A stretch of DNA of 64,000 bases from an uncultured Pseudomonadota bacterium (GTDB taxonomy: Bacteria > Pseudomonadota > Alphaproteobacteria > Rs-D84). This document shows, in pieces, positions 36,946 through 45,725 of this stretch. Positions within the stretch are counted from its first letter, which is position 1; each line of letters begins with the position of its first letter. Where the stretch lies: NCBI GenBank assembly GCA_902795435.1, contig CADBLE010000001.1, forward strand, positions 9,754 through 73,753, in the 5' to 3' direction. The translations under genes and the position numbers were made by a program. The notes under the pieces were generated by a model. That model was not told the origin of the DNA. It ran no database searches and saw nothing but the letters and a program-made list of their open reading frames with translations.

Positions 36946-37020
36946 TGGCAGTCCCAATGGGAATCGAACCCATATTGTCAGAATGAGAATCTGATGTCCT
37001 AACCGTTAGACGATGGGACC
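36946..37020 (-). tRNA. tRNA-Glu (anticodon CUC by manual folding), CCA encoded
   Basis: The reverse complement GGTCCCATCGTCTAACGGTTAGGACATCAGATTCTCATTCTGACAATATGGGTTCGATTCCCATTGGGACTGCCA folds into a cloverleaf with anticodon loop TTCTCAT. Confidence 0.85.
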
Positions 37021-37040
37021 TTTGGTTTTTTATTCTAATA

Positions 37041-37574
37041 TTATAAATCGGCTTTTTCAAGTAATGGTGCCCAAATAGATTTTACATATTCATCATCTGT
37101 TTTTTCATGAATGATTTCAAATGATTTTTTGATTATTTCCATTTGTTCGTCTGTCCACCCCAAATTTGCCATTTTGTTTTCAAACCATGTTTCGATTTCT
37201 ACGGCTTCTGGGTCATGAATAATATTTTTTTGTTCAAAATTAGCAGACGCCCAATCTGCAACCATTTCATAAACATGAATCAATGGAATTTCGCTGACAT
37301 GGTTATAATGTTGAATATGATGTGTGGAACCCGCATGGTGTATGTTTATTGCATCACGACATAATGATTCGTGTTCTGGGGTTGGGTGAAAATTTTTATG
37401 ATATGTTTTATAAAATATATATGAATATCCCGTGCGAACTGGTTCGGCTGTTTTATCGCCATCATGTTCTGGAAAATGATATCCCAACAGTGATGCAAAA
37501 TAATTTACCGCGGCAACATGGCTTTTTACACGCAATTCATAAAAATCAAAAATATCATTTACATTTATATTCAT
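37041..37574 (-). CDS. Hypothetical His-rich (HD-like?) protein
   Basis: Start moved to ATG 37574 (MNINVNDIF..., AAGGA RBS). Contains PEHDGDK and HHAGSTHHIQHY motifs. Confidence 0.45.
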   Translation of the reverse strand: MNINVNDIFDFYELRVKSHVAAVNYFASLLGYHFPEHDGDKTAEPVRTGYSYIFYKTYHKNFHPTPEHESLCRDAINIHHAGSTHHIQHYNHVSEIPLIHVYEMVADWASANFEQKNIIHDPEAVEIETWFENKMANLGWTDEQMEIIKKSFEIIHEKTDDEYVKSIWAPLLEKADL

Positions 37575-37698
37575 GGTTAAAATCCTTTCATAAAAATATA
37601 TAAAAAAATGGTTTTTATAACAATAAAAAAATAGCAATTTTTATAATTTAATGTATAATGTTCCGTGAAGAAAATAATAAAACCATAGGGGGGAGAAA

Positions 37699-38748
37699 AT
37701 GAAAATATCTATGTTTGGTATATTTGCAGTAATTTTAATTTCAGGCGTTGTTGGTTATGTATTTGCAAATCGTGAAATACCACATCTGTCAAATCAATGG
37801 GATAAAGTTTTTGCAAAAAATGAAAATGTTTCAAGTCAAAAGGTAACTTTCAAAAACAGATATGGTATAAAATTGGTTGGTGATTTATACATGCCAAAAG
37901 AAAAAATTGCAGATTATAAATATCCTGCGATTGCTGTTTCGGGACCTTTCGGTGCAGTGAAAGAACAATCTTCGGGTCTGTATGCCCAAGAAATGGCAAG
38001 ACGTGGTTTTATAACATTGGCTTTTGATCCATCTTTCACCGGTGAAAGTGGGGGCAAGGTTCGTAATGTTGCGTCCCCAGATATCAACACCGAAGATTTT
38101 TCTGCCGCGGTTGATTATTTATCAAATCGCAAAGATGTGAACCCTGAAAAAATCGGTATCATTGGTATTTGCGGTTGGGGTGGTATGGCTATAAATGCGG
38201 CTGCTATGGATACGCGTATCAAGGCAACAGTTGCATCAACTATGTATGATATGACACGTGTTACTGCAAATGGTTATTTTGATGCAGACAACAATGAAGA
38301 TGCCCGTTTTGCAAGCAAGAAAGCAATGAATGAACAAAGAACAATAGATTACAAAAACGGAAAATATGAATTGGCGGGTGGCGTTGTTGATCCATTACCA
38401 GCGGACGCCCCACAATTTGTAAAAGATTATTATGCTTATTACAAAACACCACGCGGATATCATAAACGGTCATTAAATTCCAATGGTGGCTGGAATAAAA
38501 CAAGTGCTCTGTCTTTTATAAATATGCCAATATTACAACGTGCTGATGAAATCAGAAGTGCGGTTTTGATTGTTCATGGTGAAAATGCACATTCCCGTTA
38601 TTTCAGCGAAGATGCGTTTGCTAAATTAAAGGGTGATAACAAAGAATTGTTGATTATTCCGGGTGCAAACCATGTTGATTTATATGACAATATGGAAAAA
38701 ATCCCATTTGATAAAATAGACGATTTCTTTGAATCAAATCTGAAATAA
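37699..38748 (+). CDS. Alpha/beta hydrolase, dienelactone-hydrolase-like with Cys nucleophile
   Basis: N-terminal anchor, nucleophile elbow GICGWGG (G-x-C-x-G), C-terminal PGANHVDLY. Confidence 0.65.
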   Translation: MKISMFGIFAVILISGVVGYVFANREIPHLSNQWDKVFAKNENVSSQKVTFKNRYGIKLVGDLYMPKEKIADYKYPAIAVSGPFGAVKEQSSGLYAQEMARRGFITLAFDPSFTGESGGKVRNVASPDINTEDFSAAVDYLSNRKDVNPEKIGIIGICGWGGMAINAAAMDTRIKATVASTMYDMTRVTANGYFDADNNEDARFASKKAMNEQRTIDYKNGKYELAGGVVDPLPADAPQFVKDYYAYYKTPRGYHKRSLNSNGGWNKTSALSFINMPILQRADEIRSAVLIVHGENAHSRYFSEDAFAKLKGDNKELLIIPGANHVDLYDNMEKIPFDKIDDFFESNLK

Positions 38749-38769
38749 TAAAAAAAAACAACAAAAAAG

Positions 38770-38794
38770 ACGCCCGAAAGGGCGTTTTTATTTT
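38770..38794 (+). terminator. Rho-independent terminator
   Basis: ACGCCC-GAAA-GGGCGT plus T-run. Confidence 0.65.
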
Positions 38795-38821
38795 GGTTTC
38801 TGTGTATAAAAATGGTATAAT
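38793..38821 (+). promoter_or_regulatory. sigma70-type promoter for cassette B (near-leaderless)
   Basis: TTGGTT, 17-nt spacer, TG-extended TATAAT (38816-38821). ATG 38832 lies 10 nt after the -10, with no SD. Confidence 0.5.
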
Positions 38822-38831
38822 ATATAACAAT

Positions 38832-39779
38832 ATGAATATTAAAAAGAATGTAGTTATTTGCTTGTTATCGGTATTTGTAATAGGCAATTCTGCAAATGCA
38901 GAATTGTTGGATTTAAATACTGCATTACAAAATACCTATAAATCGTGTGTCGGTATAGATGAAATTTTAACAGATATGAAAAAATTAGCCGGAATAAATA
39001 CTGCTGTAACTGCGGTCGGTTCTGGGCTTGGTATCGGGGCAACTGTTACTGGATTTGTAAAGGCATCAAAAGATAAAAAAATAGAACAATTATTAAAACG
39101 ACTGAAAGAAATAGAAGAATCAAAAATAAATACAACCGTTCCTGATAAAAGGGAAGTTTTAAGTGCTGCAGATGATTATTTTTCAGAAAACAGAGATGAA
39201 AATCGTGCAAATGAATATCAAAGTGAAATTGATAAATTAACAAAACAATCAAAAACACTGGGGAATTGGAGAACAGGTTTGTTGGCTGGTAATACTGTGA
39301 CGAATATTGCTGGTGCGATTATTGCGGGTAAAAACAACGGTGATGAAGTCCAGGTTTTAATAGATGAATGTCGTGATAGTATAACTGGGTTGAATAATTC
39401 TATATTGCAGGCAAAGATAAACGGTGAAGATGTAAGCGAAGCAGAAAGCATTAAAAAAGCGTGCGGTGCGTATGATATGGTTGATGTTTCTAAAATAAAT
39501 ATTCGTGCCAAGGGGGCAAAAATATCTTCTATCATTGGTGCCGGTATGGGTGCTGCGGGAACTATAACAAGTGGTGTCGCAAATTCAGACAAAATTCGTG
39601 ATGATGATAGTGTCAGCGGAAAACAAAAAGAAAAAAATTTAAATACTGCGGCGAATGTTTTGTCTGTGGGGGCAACCGCTGCAACAATTTCTGCGACTGT
39701 ATTTAATGCAACCCAAATAAGTGCAATTAAAAAAGCAGCCACCGTTGCACAAGAATGTGAAAAGGTTCTGCGTCAATGA
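38832..39779 (+). CDS. Exported small-residue/glycine-zipper-like protein, cassette B gene 1 (paralogue of 28475..29521)
   Basis: MNIKKNVVICLLSVFVIGNSANA signal. The segments LAGINTAVTAVGSGLGIGATVTG, GNWRTGLLAGNTVTNIAGAIIA and NTAANVLSVGATAATISATVFNATQ match cassette A gene 1. Same 4 Cys positions; ends ECEKVLRQ. Confidence 0.8.
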   Translation: MNIKKNVVICLLSVFVIGNSANAELLDLNTALQNTYKSCVGIDEILTDMKKLAGINTAVTAVGSGLGIGATVTGFVKASKDKKIEQLLKRLKEIEESKINTTVPDKREVLSAADDYFSENRDENRANEYQSEIDKLTKQSKTLGNWRTGLLAGNTVTNIAGAIIAGKNNGDEVQVLIDECRDSITGLNNSILQAKINGEDVSEAESIKKACGAYDMVDVSKINIRAKGAKISSIIGAGMGAAGTITSGVANSDKIRDDDSVSGKQKEKNLNTAANVLSVGATAATISATVFNATQISAIKKAATVAQECEKVLRQ

Positions 39780-42700
39780 TTAAACGTTGTCTTGCATCTT
39801 TGGTAATATTCTTAACAACAATGGTTGCTGGTTTTGCGAGCAGTTATTTGAACACTGAAAAGAAATATTTCTTTTCTTCAGATAATATTTTTGAAAGCGT
39901 TACCGCTGTTATCACAGATGAAGACCAATATTCATCAGCAATAAAAAAATATGTAGAAATTATGGACCAGGCAACTGGTATGGTTTCTATTGAAGATTTG
40001 TTTGTTGTTTGCCGTGCAGGTGGAATAAATACATATCGTGAAGAAGGTTATCAAAAATGTCGTGAAATTATCATAAAAATGCTGGAAAACGCTGAATTAG
40101 AAGCAGAAGAAGGTGTCTTAGGTGGATATTGTCCAGGACTTGATAAAAACGGAAAGAATCCAAACGCACTTCAAACAATTACAGATAAAACAAAGATTGG
40201 TGATTTTTGTAATTCTACCAATATATATCTTGGCGAAGTTGTTTTCAAAAAAGGTTATAATTGCACATGTATGGCAACCGCATGTAATCATGGCTATTTC
40301 ATCAAGGGTGGGGCCTGTCATACAGAGGTTGGTGATGCCAATGGAAATTGTTTACGCAAAGAATATGATGGAACAAGTGAAAATAATTCAAAAGAAAAAT
40401 GTTTTGCTTTCTGTGGAAAAATGGGCGAAAAACTGGGGTGCAAGGCAAACACTTCTATTTGGAATAAAAACACAAACAAATGCACATGTAATGCGTCTTA
40501 TGATGAATTAGATGCTGTACGTCAGGCACGTATAGCTGCACTGTCTTATAAAGCGGTTTGTGGTGCAGATAAAGGTAAAACTGGTGGTACAGAATATTGT
40601 ATTAAAGATATTTTCAATTGGACAAATGTTGGTATGATTCAGGCAACTGGATTGGCAGAAGAATACGCACTTGTCAAACATGGCAAGGTTATTCATTGTT
40701 CTGATAAATATCGTCAAGAATCTAATGATGATTGGGTTCAATGTGTAACTGATGATAAAAAGACATTTTATGAATTTAAGTTTGATGATGTTGTTGAATC
40801 TTTTGATGCAAGAATTCAAGGGGATTTAATAAAAGGTATTATAACTATACATGGTAAAATCGCTATTTCTTCATCTGAAGGTGGTGGTTATTATGATTCT
40901 TACGCGGGTGCTTGTGATGAAAAAATAACAAAGTCAGCAAACAAATTTGGATTGAAATCAGAAACTGTTAATAAATATGGTGCAGATTATTGCTTCCTAA
41001 AAAGCACAAGACTTGGTAAAAAAGAAAAAGGTAAATTGGCAAAAATTGATGGTATAGATAACTACATCTTTTATGCTGGTATTCAAATTCAAGGAGACCA
41101 AGATTTAATACGTAAATTACGTCAATATATCGCAAGTACTGGTAAATACGAAGTTAAAACATTTACTTGTGATAAAGGTGTTGGCAAAATTATGAACGGA
41201 AATATTGAAACTGATGATATTTTGCGTTGTTATTTAAATGGAACGCCGATTGATTTTGTGTTTGATGATAATTCTGAAATGTGGAAAACCTATCAAAAGG
41301 CTGGTAAACAAGCGATAAATTGTGTTGTTCAGGGTGGAACTTTTTCTGGTAAAGGGTGCCTTGGGCTTAGTGAACAATTGTGTCAAAAGGTTGCTGAACA
41401 AGATAAAAAATCATGTCCAGAATGTGCAGTGGCACATTGGGATTCGGAACTTGAACAATGTGTGTTACCTGCGGGTGCGGCAGCAAGAAACCTTGAACAG
41501 GGTATCAAAGTTGGAACAATAGTTGTTGCGGCTGTTGCGGGAACTGCGGTGACAATTGCAACTGGTGGTGCCACAGGTGCGGGTGTTGCATTGCTTTTAG
41601 TCGAAGTTGTTGGTGCAACCGTAGAAACTGCAGCGACAGTAAAAATACAACAAGCTGCGGTTGATTTCTTGAATAACAGTAATCGTTGTAAAGATGCAAG
41701 TTGCGCTGAATCTATGATAAAAGATAATTTCCAAAGATTGGCAAATATGCAAAATGATTTTGCTGCCGCAGAAGTTGATGCTATTGATAAAGAATTTGCA
41801 AGGTTGTTTGGATTAGTGCCAGAAACATCTGCTTTATTCAATAGTTCAAGGTTATCTGATAATCAATTGTCTTTGTTTGATTCAAATTCATGGGAACCTG
41901 AACAGGTATGGCGTGCAGTTGGTGTTGGGTTGCAAATGGCCGGATTGGTGGCAAGTGCTGTTCAATGGATTTCTGATAAAGCACCACGAATGTTGGGCAG
42001 AACAACCCAGATTGTCACGAAAAAGATGCAAGTTGCAGCATCACATGCAGATGATGCGGCAAGATTAGCATTGGAGCACGGAGATGATGCAGCCAGATTG
42101 GCATTGACTCAGGGTGATGATGTGGCCAGATTGGCATTGACTCAAGGAGATGACGCAGCCAGATTAGCATTGACGCAGGGTGATGATGCAGCCAGATTGG
42201 CATTGACACAGGGTGATGATGCAGCCAGATTGGCATTGACTCAGGGTGATGACGCAGCCAGATTAGCGTTGACGCAGGGAGATGACGCAGCTAGATTAGC
42301 GTTGACGCAGGGTGATGATGCAGCAAAATCAGTATTATCTAATGCAGATGAATTTGCATCTATTGGTGTAAGGGAAGAAACAACAGCGTCTGGTGCACTT
42401 AGATATCGTGATACCAAGACAGGACGTTTTATATCACAGGATGAGGTGTATAAGAGATTAGACGATTTACCATCTGCTGTGACAAAAACAACATCATCAT
42501 TATCTAACGCAGATGAATTTGCAGCAATAGGGGTAAGAGAAGAAACAACAGCGTCTGGTGCATTCAGATATCGTGATACAAAAACAGGCCGCTTTATATC
42601 ACAGGATGAGGTATATAAGAGATTAGACGATTTACCATCTTCTGTGACAAAAACAACAGCCGCAACCAATACAGCAACAAAATCTGATGATGTGGCAAAT

Positions 42701-43363
42701 TCTTTGTCAAAAATAGATAATCTTGATAATAATCGTCTTGCGTTACCTGCACATGTTGATGATGCTGCGAATACCGCAAGTGATGCTGCAAGAAATACGA
42801 GCAGGGCAGCGGATACCGCAAGTGGTGCCGCACGTGGTGCTGCCAATGCAAGTCGCACTGTAAATGATTTTGATGATATGTATCAAATTGGTTATAAAGC
42901 ATCAAGCAGAGATGAAATATTAAAGAAATGGGGATTACCATTAGATGCAAGTGATAGTGATATTGCAAAAAGATTTAAAGAATTACAAAGAAGATTCCAT
43001 CCTGACAGGGCGGGTCCAGATAAAGCATTGGCAGACCAATTAGATGAAATATTCAAAGATATTGGTCAAGAAAGAGATTTATTAAATTCTTTGTCAAAAA
43101 CAAATGGCGCGAATAATGTATCTGATGTTATAAGAACCGCACCAACAACAGATGTTGTTGCAACTGGTGTGACAAATACGGCCACATCTGCAACATCTGC
43201 CGCTAATAAAACATCTGGTGTTTCAAAAGTTGCTATAAATAACGTAACAGAGGGAACAAATACTGTGTCCACGATTGAACAAAGAGATGGCTTCTCTATG
43301 GTTGGACATGATTTATTAGGGATTTTGGCTGGTATTCGTGCTGGTGATAATGCTTCAAAATAA
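39776..43363 (+). CDS. 1195-aa multidomain exported/membrane protein, cassette B gene 2
   Basis: ATGA overlap with the upstream gene. MIKRCLASLVIFL... signal, Cys-rich region of about 450 aa, Gly/Ala/Val/Thr hydrophobic block(s), 8.5 x 11-aa repeats, 2 x 55-aa repeats, and a J-domain with HPD at 42998-43006. Confidence 0.85.
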   Translation: MIKRCLASLVIFLTTMVAGFASSYLNTEKKYFFSSDNIFESVTAVITDEDQYSSAIKKYVEIMDQATGMVSIEDLFVVCRAGGINTYREEGYQKCREIIIKMLENAELEAEEGVLGGYCPGLDKNGKNPNALQTITDKTKIGDFCNSTNIYLGEVVFKKGYNCTCMATACNHGYFIKGGACHTEVGDANGNCLRKEYDGTSENNSKEKCFAFCGKMGEKLGCKANTSIWNKNTNKCTCNASYDELDAVRQARIAALSYKAVCGADKGKTGGTEYCIKDIFNWTNVGMIQATGLAEEYALVKHGKVIHCSDKYRQESNDDWVQCVTDDKKTFYEFKFDDVVESFDARIQGDLIKGIITIHGKIAISSSEGGGYYDSYAGACDEKITKSANKFGLKSETVNKYGADYCFLKSTRLGKKEKGKLAKIDGIDNYIFYAGIQIQGDQDLIRKLRQYIASTGKYEVKTFTCDKGVGKIMNGNIETDDILRCYLNGTPIDFVFDDNSEMWKTYQKAGKQAINCVVQGGTFSGKGCLGLSEQLCQKVAEQDKKSCPECAVAHWDSELEQCVLPAGAAARNLEQGIKVGTIVVAAVAGTAVTIATGGATGAGVALLLVEVVGATVETAATVKIQQAAVDFLNNSNRCKDASCAESMIKDNFQRLANMQNDFAAAEVDAIDKEFARLFGLVPETSALFNSSRLSDNQLSLFDSNSWEPEQVWRAVGVGLQMAGLVASAVQWISDKAPRMLGRTTQIVTKKMQVAASHADDAARLALEHGDDAARLALTQGDDVARLALTQGDDAARLALTQGDDAARLALTQGDDAARLALTQGDDAARLALTQGDDAARLALTQGDDAAKSVLSNADEFASIGVREETTASGALRYRDTKTGRFISQDEVYKRLDDLPSAVTKTTSSLSNADEFAAIGVREETTASGAFRYRDTKTGRFISQDEVYKRLDDLPSSVTKTTAATNTATKSDDVANSLSKIDNLDNNRLALPAHVDDAANTASDAARNTSRAADTASGAARGAANASRTVNDFDDMYQIGYKASSRDEILKKWGLPLDASDSDIAKRFKELQRRFHPDRAGPDKALADQLDEIFKDIGQERDLLNSLSKTNGANNVSDVIRTAPTTDVVATGVTNTATSATSAANKTSGVSKVAINNVTEGTNTVSTIEQRDGFSMVGHDLLGILAGIRAGDNASK
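42050..42328 (+). repeat. 33-bp in-frame tandem repeat, 8 full copies plus a partial one (DDAARLALTQG)
   Basis: Units start at 42050, 42083, 42116, 42149, 42182, 42215, 42248, 42281 and 42314 (partial). A few synonymous or conservative differences between units. Confidence 0.95.
42335..42664 (+). repeat. 165-bp in-frame tandem duplication (55 aa x 2)
   Basis: LSNADEF(A/A)(S/A)IGVREETTASGA(L/F)RYRDTKTGRFISQDEVYKRLDDLPS(A/S)VTKTT occurs twice, starting at 42335 and 42500. Confidence 0.9.
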
Positions 43364-43448
43364 AATTTCTTTTTAATGGATTTTTATATTATAAATTACT
43401 TGACAAAAACTTTTGTTGTGTTATTTCTTTATAAAAAAAGAGGGCAAA

Positions 43449-43811
43449 ATGGAAAATTATGAAAAACAAATTCATTCCAATATCATAGGGCGTGTTAAAA
43501 ATCATGCTGGTTATGTAAAGGAAGAAGATGAATATTCAACAAATCCAGATGATTTGTATATTACAAATGAAAAAGAATATGGTTTGGATGAAGATATGGT
43601 CCGGGTTGATAAAAACGAAGTTGTCGTTTCGTATGTTAAAAAATTAAAAAAAGTCCAGGCCCGTCTTAATACCGAAAAAAATCCAAAAGAAAAAAGAAAG
43701 TTAGAAAAGATTATAGGAAATATAAAATCTGGTTTGTTTTTGGAACGTGAATTTATAGAACGTTCAAAAAAACAAAAATTTGCCGAATTTATAGCCGGTT
43801 TATCAAAATAA
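43449..43811 (+). CDS. Hypothetical Lys/Glu-rich protein (120 aa)
   Basis: Start moved to ATG 43449 with AGAGGG RBS. No motif recognised. Confidence 0.4.
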   Translation: MENYEKQIHSNIIGRVKNHAGYVKEEDEYSTNPDDLYITNEKEYGLDEDMVRVDKNEVVVSYVKKLKKVQARLNTEKNPKEKRKLEKIIGNIKSGLFLEREFIERSKKQKFAEFIAGLSK

Positions 43812-43814
43812 AAA

Positions 43815-43836
43815 ACGCCCATTTGGGCGTTTTTTA
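43815..43836. terminator. Bidirectional terminator
   Basis: ACGCCC-ATTT-GGGCGT flanked by an A-run and a T-run. Confidence 0.6.
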
Positions 43837-44385
43837 TATGTCTGATTTTAATTTTCCAAAATAACATTTATCCCGTAATGAGCCGTTTGGCCATTTGGAA
43901 TCTTGACGGATAATACCTTCTAATTTATAACCGTTTTTTTCTGCGATTTTTCTGGACGCTGTGTTTTCTGTGTCACAATGTATTTGGATTTTATGACACC
44001 AATCACAATCAAAAGCCATTTTTTCAATGTGTGGTAATAATTTATTTATTATACCATTACCACGGGCAGATTTTTTAATCCAAAACGCAATTTCAACTTT
44101 GCCAATTCGTGGATTTATCATAGAAAAACCAATTTCACCCAATAATTCATCATCTTGAAAAATCTGAAACATTTTTCTGTTTGGTGTTATTGTGCGTTTT
44201 TTGTAATGCATGTATGTTTCTTCTATGGATTCAAAAACACCGTCTGGTAAAAAGAAAGTCATTTTTTCGCGATCTGAATCAAATATGTTGAAAACTTCAA
44301 CAGCCAATTTAAATGTTGGGGGCAATATTTTTAATGTGAAACCTTCGGCGTTTAATTCGGTTGTTGATATAAAATCTGGATTCAT
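43834..44385 (-). CDS. GNAT-family N-acetyltransferase (RimJ/RimL-like)
   Basis: ARGNGIINKLLPHIEKMAF (acetyl-CoA binding R/QxxGxG/A) and ASRKIAEKNGYKLEG. Confidence 0.75.
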   Translation of the reverse strand: MNPDFISTTELNAEGFTLKILPPTFKLAVEVFNIFDSDREKMTFFLPDGVFESIEETYMHYKKRTITPNRKMFQIFQDDELLGEIGFSMINPRIGKVEIAFWIKKSARGNGIINKLLPHIEKMAFDCDWCHKIQIHCDTENTASRKIAEKNGYKLEGIIRQDSKWPNGSLRDKCYFGKLKSDI

Positions 44386-44457
44386 GATGTATCCTTTTTT
44401 TTATATTATAACATATCTTTTTGTTATGGTATAATCAAAATATATCGGGGGTATGAT

Positions 44458-45144
44458 ATGAAAAAATTACTGATATGGGATTTTGATGGTGTTATCGCAG
44501 ACAGCGAAAAATTGTGGGTTCGTGCATGGGATGAAGTTCTGAACAGTGAAAAAAATATTTCTTTGTCTGAAAATGATAAAAAGAATTTGTTGGTTGGTGT
44601 TGCGGATAAAACAAGACGTGACAGATTGCAAAATTTAATTCCAAATTTAATTTTAGATGATGATTTTATGAATAAAATCAGCGAACGTGAATTTTATCTG
44701 GGAACTAATTTTATGACGGCGATAGATGGGGTTGAAAATGTTATGAATAATAATTTATTTGAACATTGTATTGCAACCGGTGGAACACGTGAACAACATA
44801 ATTGGAAAATGACACAATTCAAATGGATTGAAAAATATATGTCTGGGGACGATTATTTTACAGTTGATATGGTTGAACATGGAAAACCAGAACCTGATTT
44901 ATTTTTAACTGCTGCCAAAACAAAGGGGTATAAACCGTCTGATTGTATTGTTATTGGCGACAGTATAAATGATTTTATTGCCGCAGCAAAGGCGGGTATG
45001 TCATGTATAGCGTTTATTGGTGCAACTGGTAATAATACACCTGAATACGCTGAAAAATGTAAACAATATGGCGTTTATGCCGTATGTAATACAATGATTC
45101 GGGTAAATGATGTTTTGAATAAATGGTATGAAGAAGGGAAGTAA
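44458..45144 (+). CDS. HAD-superfamily hydrolase (beta-phosphoglucomutase-like)
   Basis: DFDGVIADSE motif I and GDSINDFIAAAKAGM motif IV. Confidence 0.75.
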   Translation: MKKLLIWDFDGVIADSEKLWVRAWDEVLNSEKNISLSENDKKNLLVGVADKTRRDRLQNLIPNLILDDDFMNKISEREFYLGTNFMTAIDGVENVMNNNLFEHCIATGGTREQHNWKMTQFKWIEKYMSGDDYFTVDMVEHGKPEPDLFLTAAKTKGYKPSDCIVIGDSINDFIAAAKAGMSCIAFIGATGNNTPEYAEKCKQYGVYAVCNTMIRVNDVLNKWYEEGK

Positions 45145-45146
45145 AT

Positions 45147-45725
45147 ATGGAAAAATTTTTTAGTTTATTTAAAAGAAATCTTAAAACAGAACGTTTGGAT
45201 TTACGTATATTAGAACCAAGTTTAAAAAACGCACAAATTGTTTGGAATGTTATGAAAAACGAAAATCCAGACGATTATAAATATATGTGGTTTTCAATGA
45301 CACATAAATCACATTTGGTTGAATCTGTGGAAGAAACTTTTGACAGAATCAATGTTGATTATAACCAAAAAAATGGTTGCGCATATTATATTTTCTATGA
45401 AAATAAATTTATTGGCTATATGCGTGTTCATTATATTGAAAACAATAATTCATTACAGTGTGCCAGTGTTTGGTTTATAAAATCACAATGGGGAAATGGT
45501 TTTAACAAAGAAGTTCATAAGAAATTGGAAGAATTGGCATTTAATGAATTACATGTAAATCGTATCTGTCGCCAGGTTATGGCTGATAATGAACGTTCCA
45601 AACATTCCATAGAATCAAGTGGCTATCATTTGGACGGTATTGACCGCCAGGCAAATAAAATGGAAGACGGGACATATATGGACCATTTGTGGTATTCTAA
45701 ATTGGCCAGCGAATATAAAGGTTAG
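45147..45725 (+). CDS. GNAT-family N-acetyltransferase (second RimJ/L-like paralogue)
   Basis: QWGNGFNKEVHKKLEELAF and RSKHSIESSGYHLDG. Alignable with 43834..44385. Confidence 0.7.
   Translation: MEKFFSLFKRNLKTERLDLRILEPSLKNAQIVWNVMKNENPDDYKYMWFSMTHKSHLVESVEETFDRINVDYNQKNGCAYYIFYENKFIGYMRVHYIENNNSLQCASVWFIKSQWGNGFNKEVHKKLEELAFNELHVNRICRQVMADNERSKHSIESSGYHLDGIDRQANKMEDGTYMDHLWYSKLASEYKG

Noticed and set aside
42050-42328. CRISPR array
   Set aside because: The 33-bp units are directly abutting with no spacers. They are in frame within a long CDS and encode a clean 11-aa repeat. No cas genes are present in the window.
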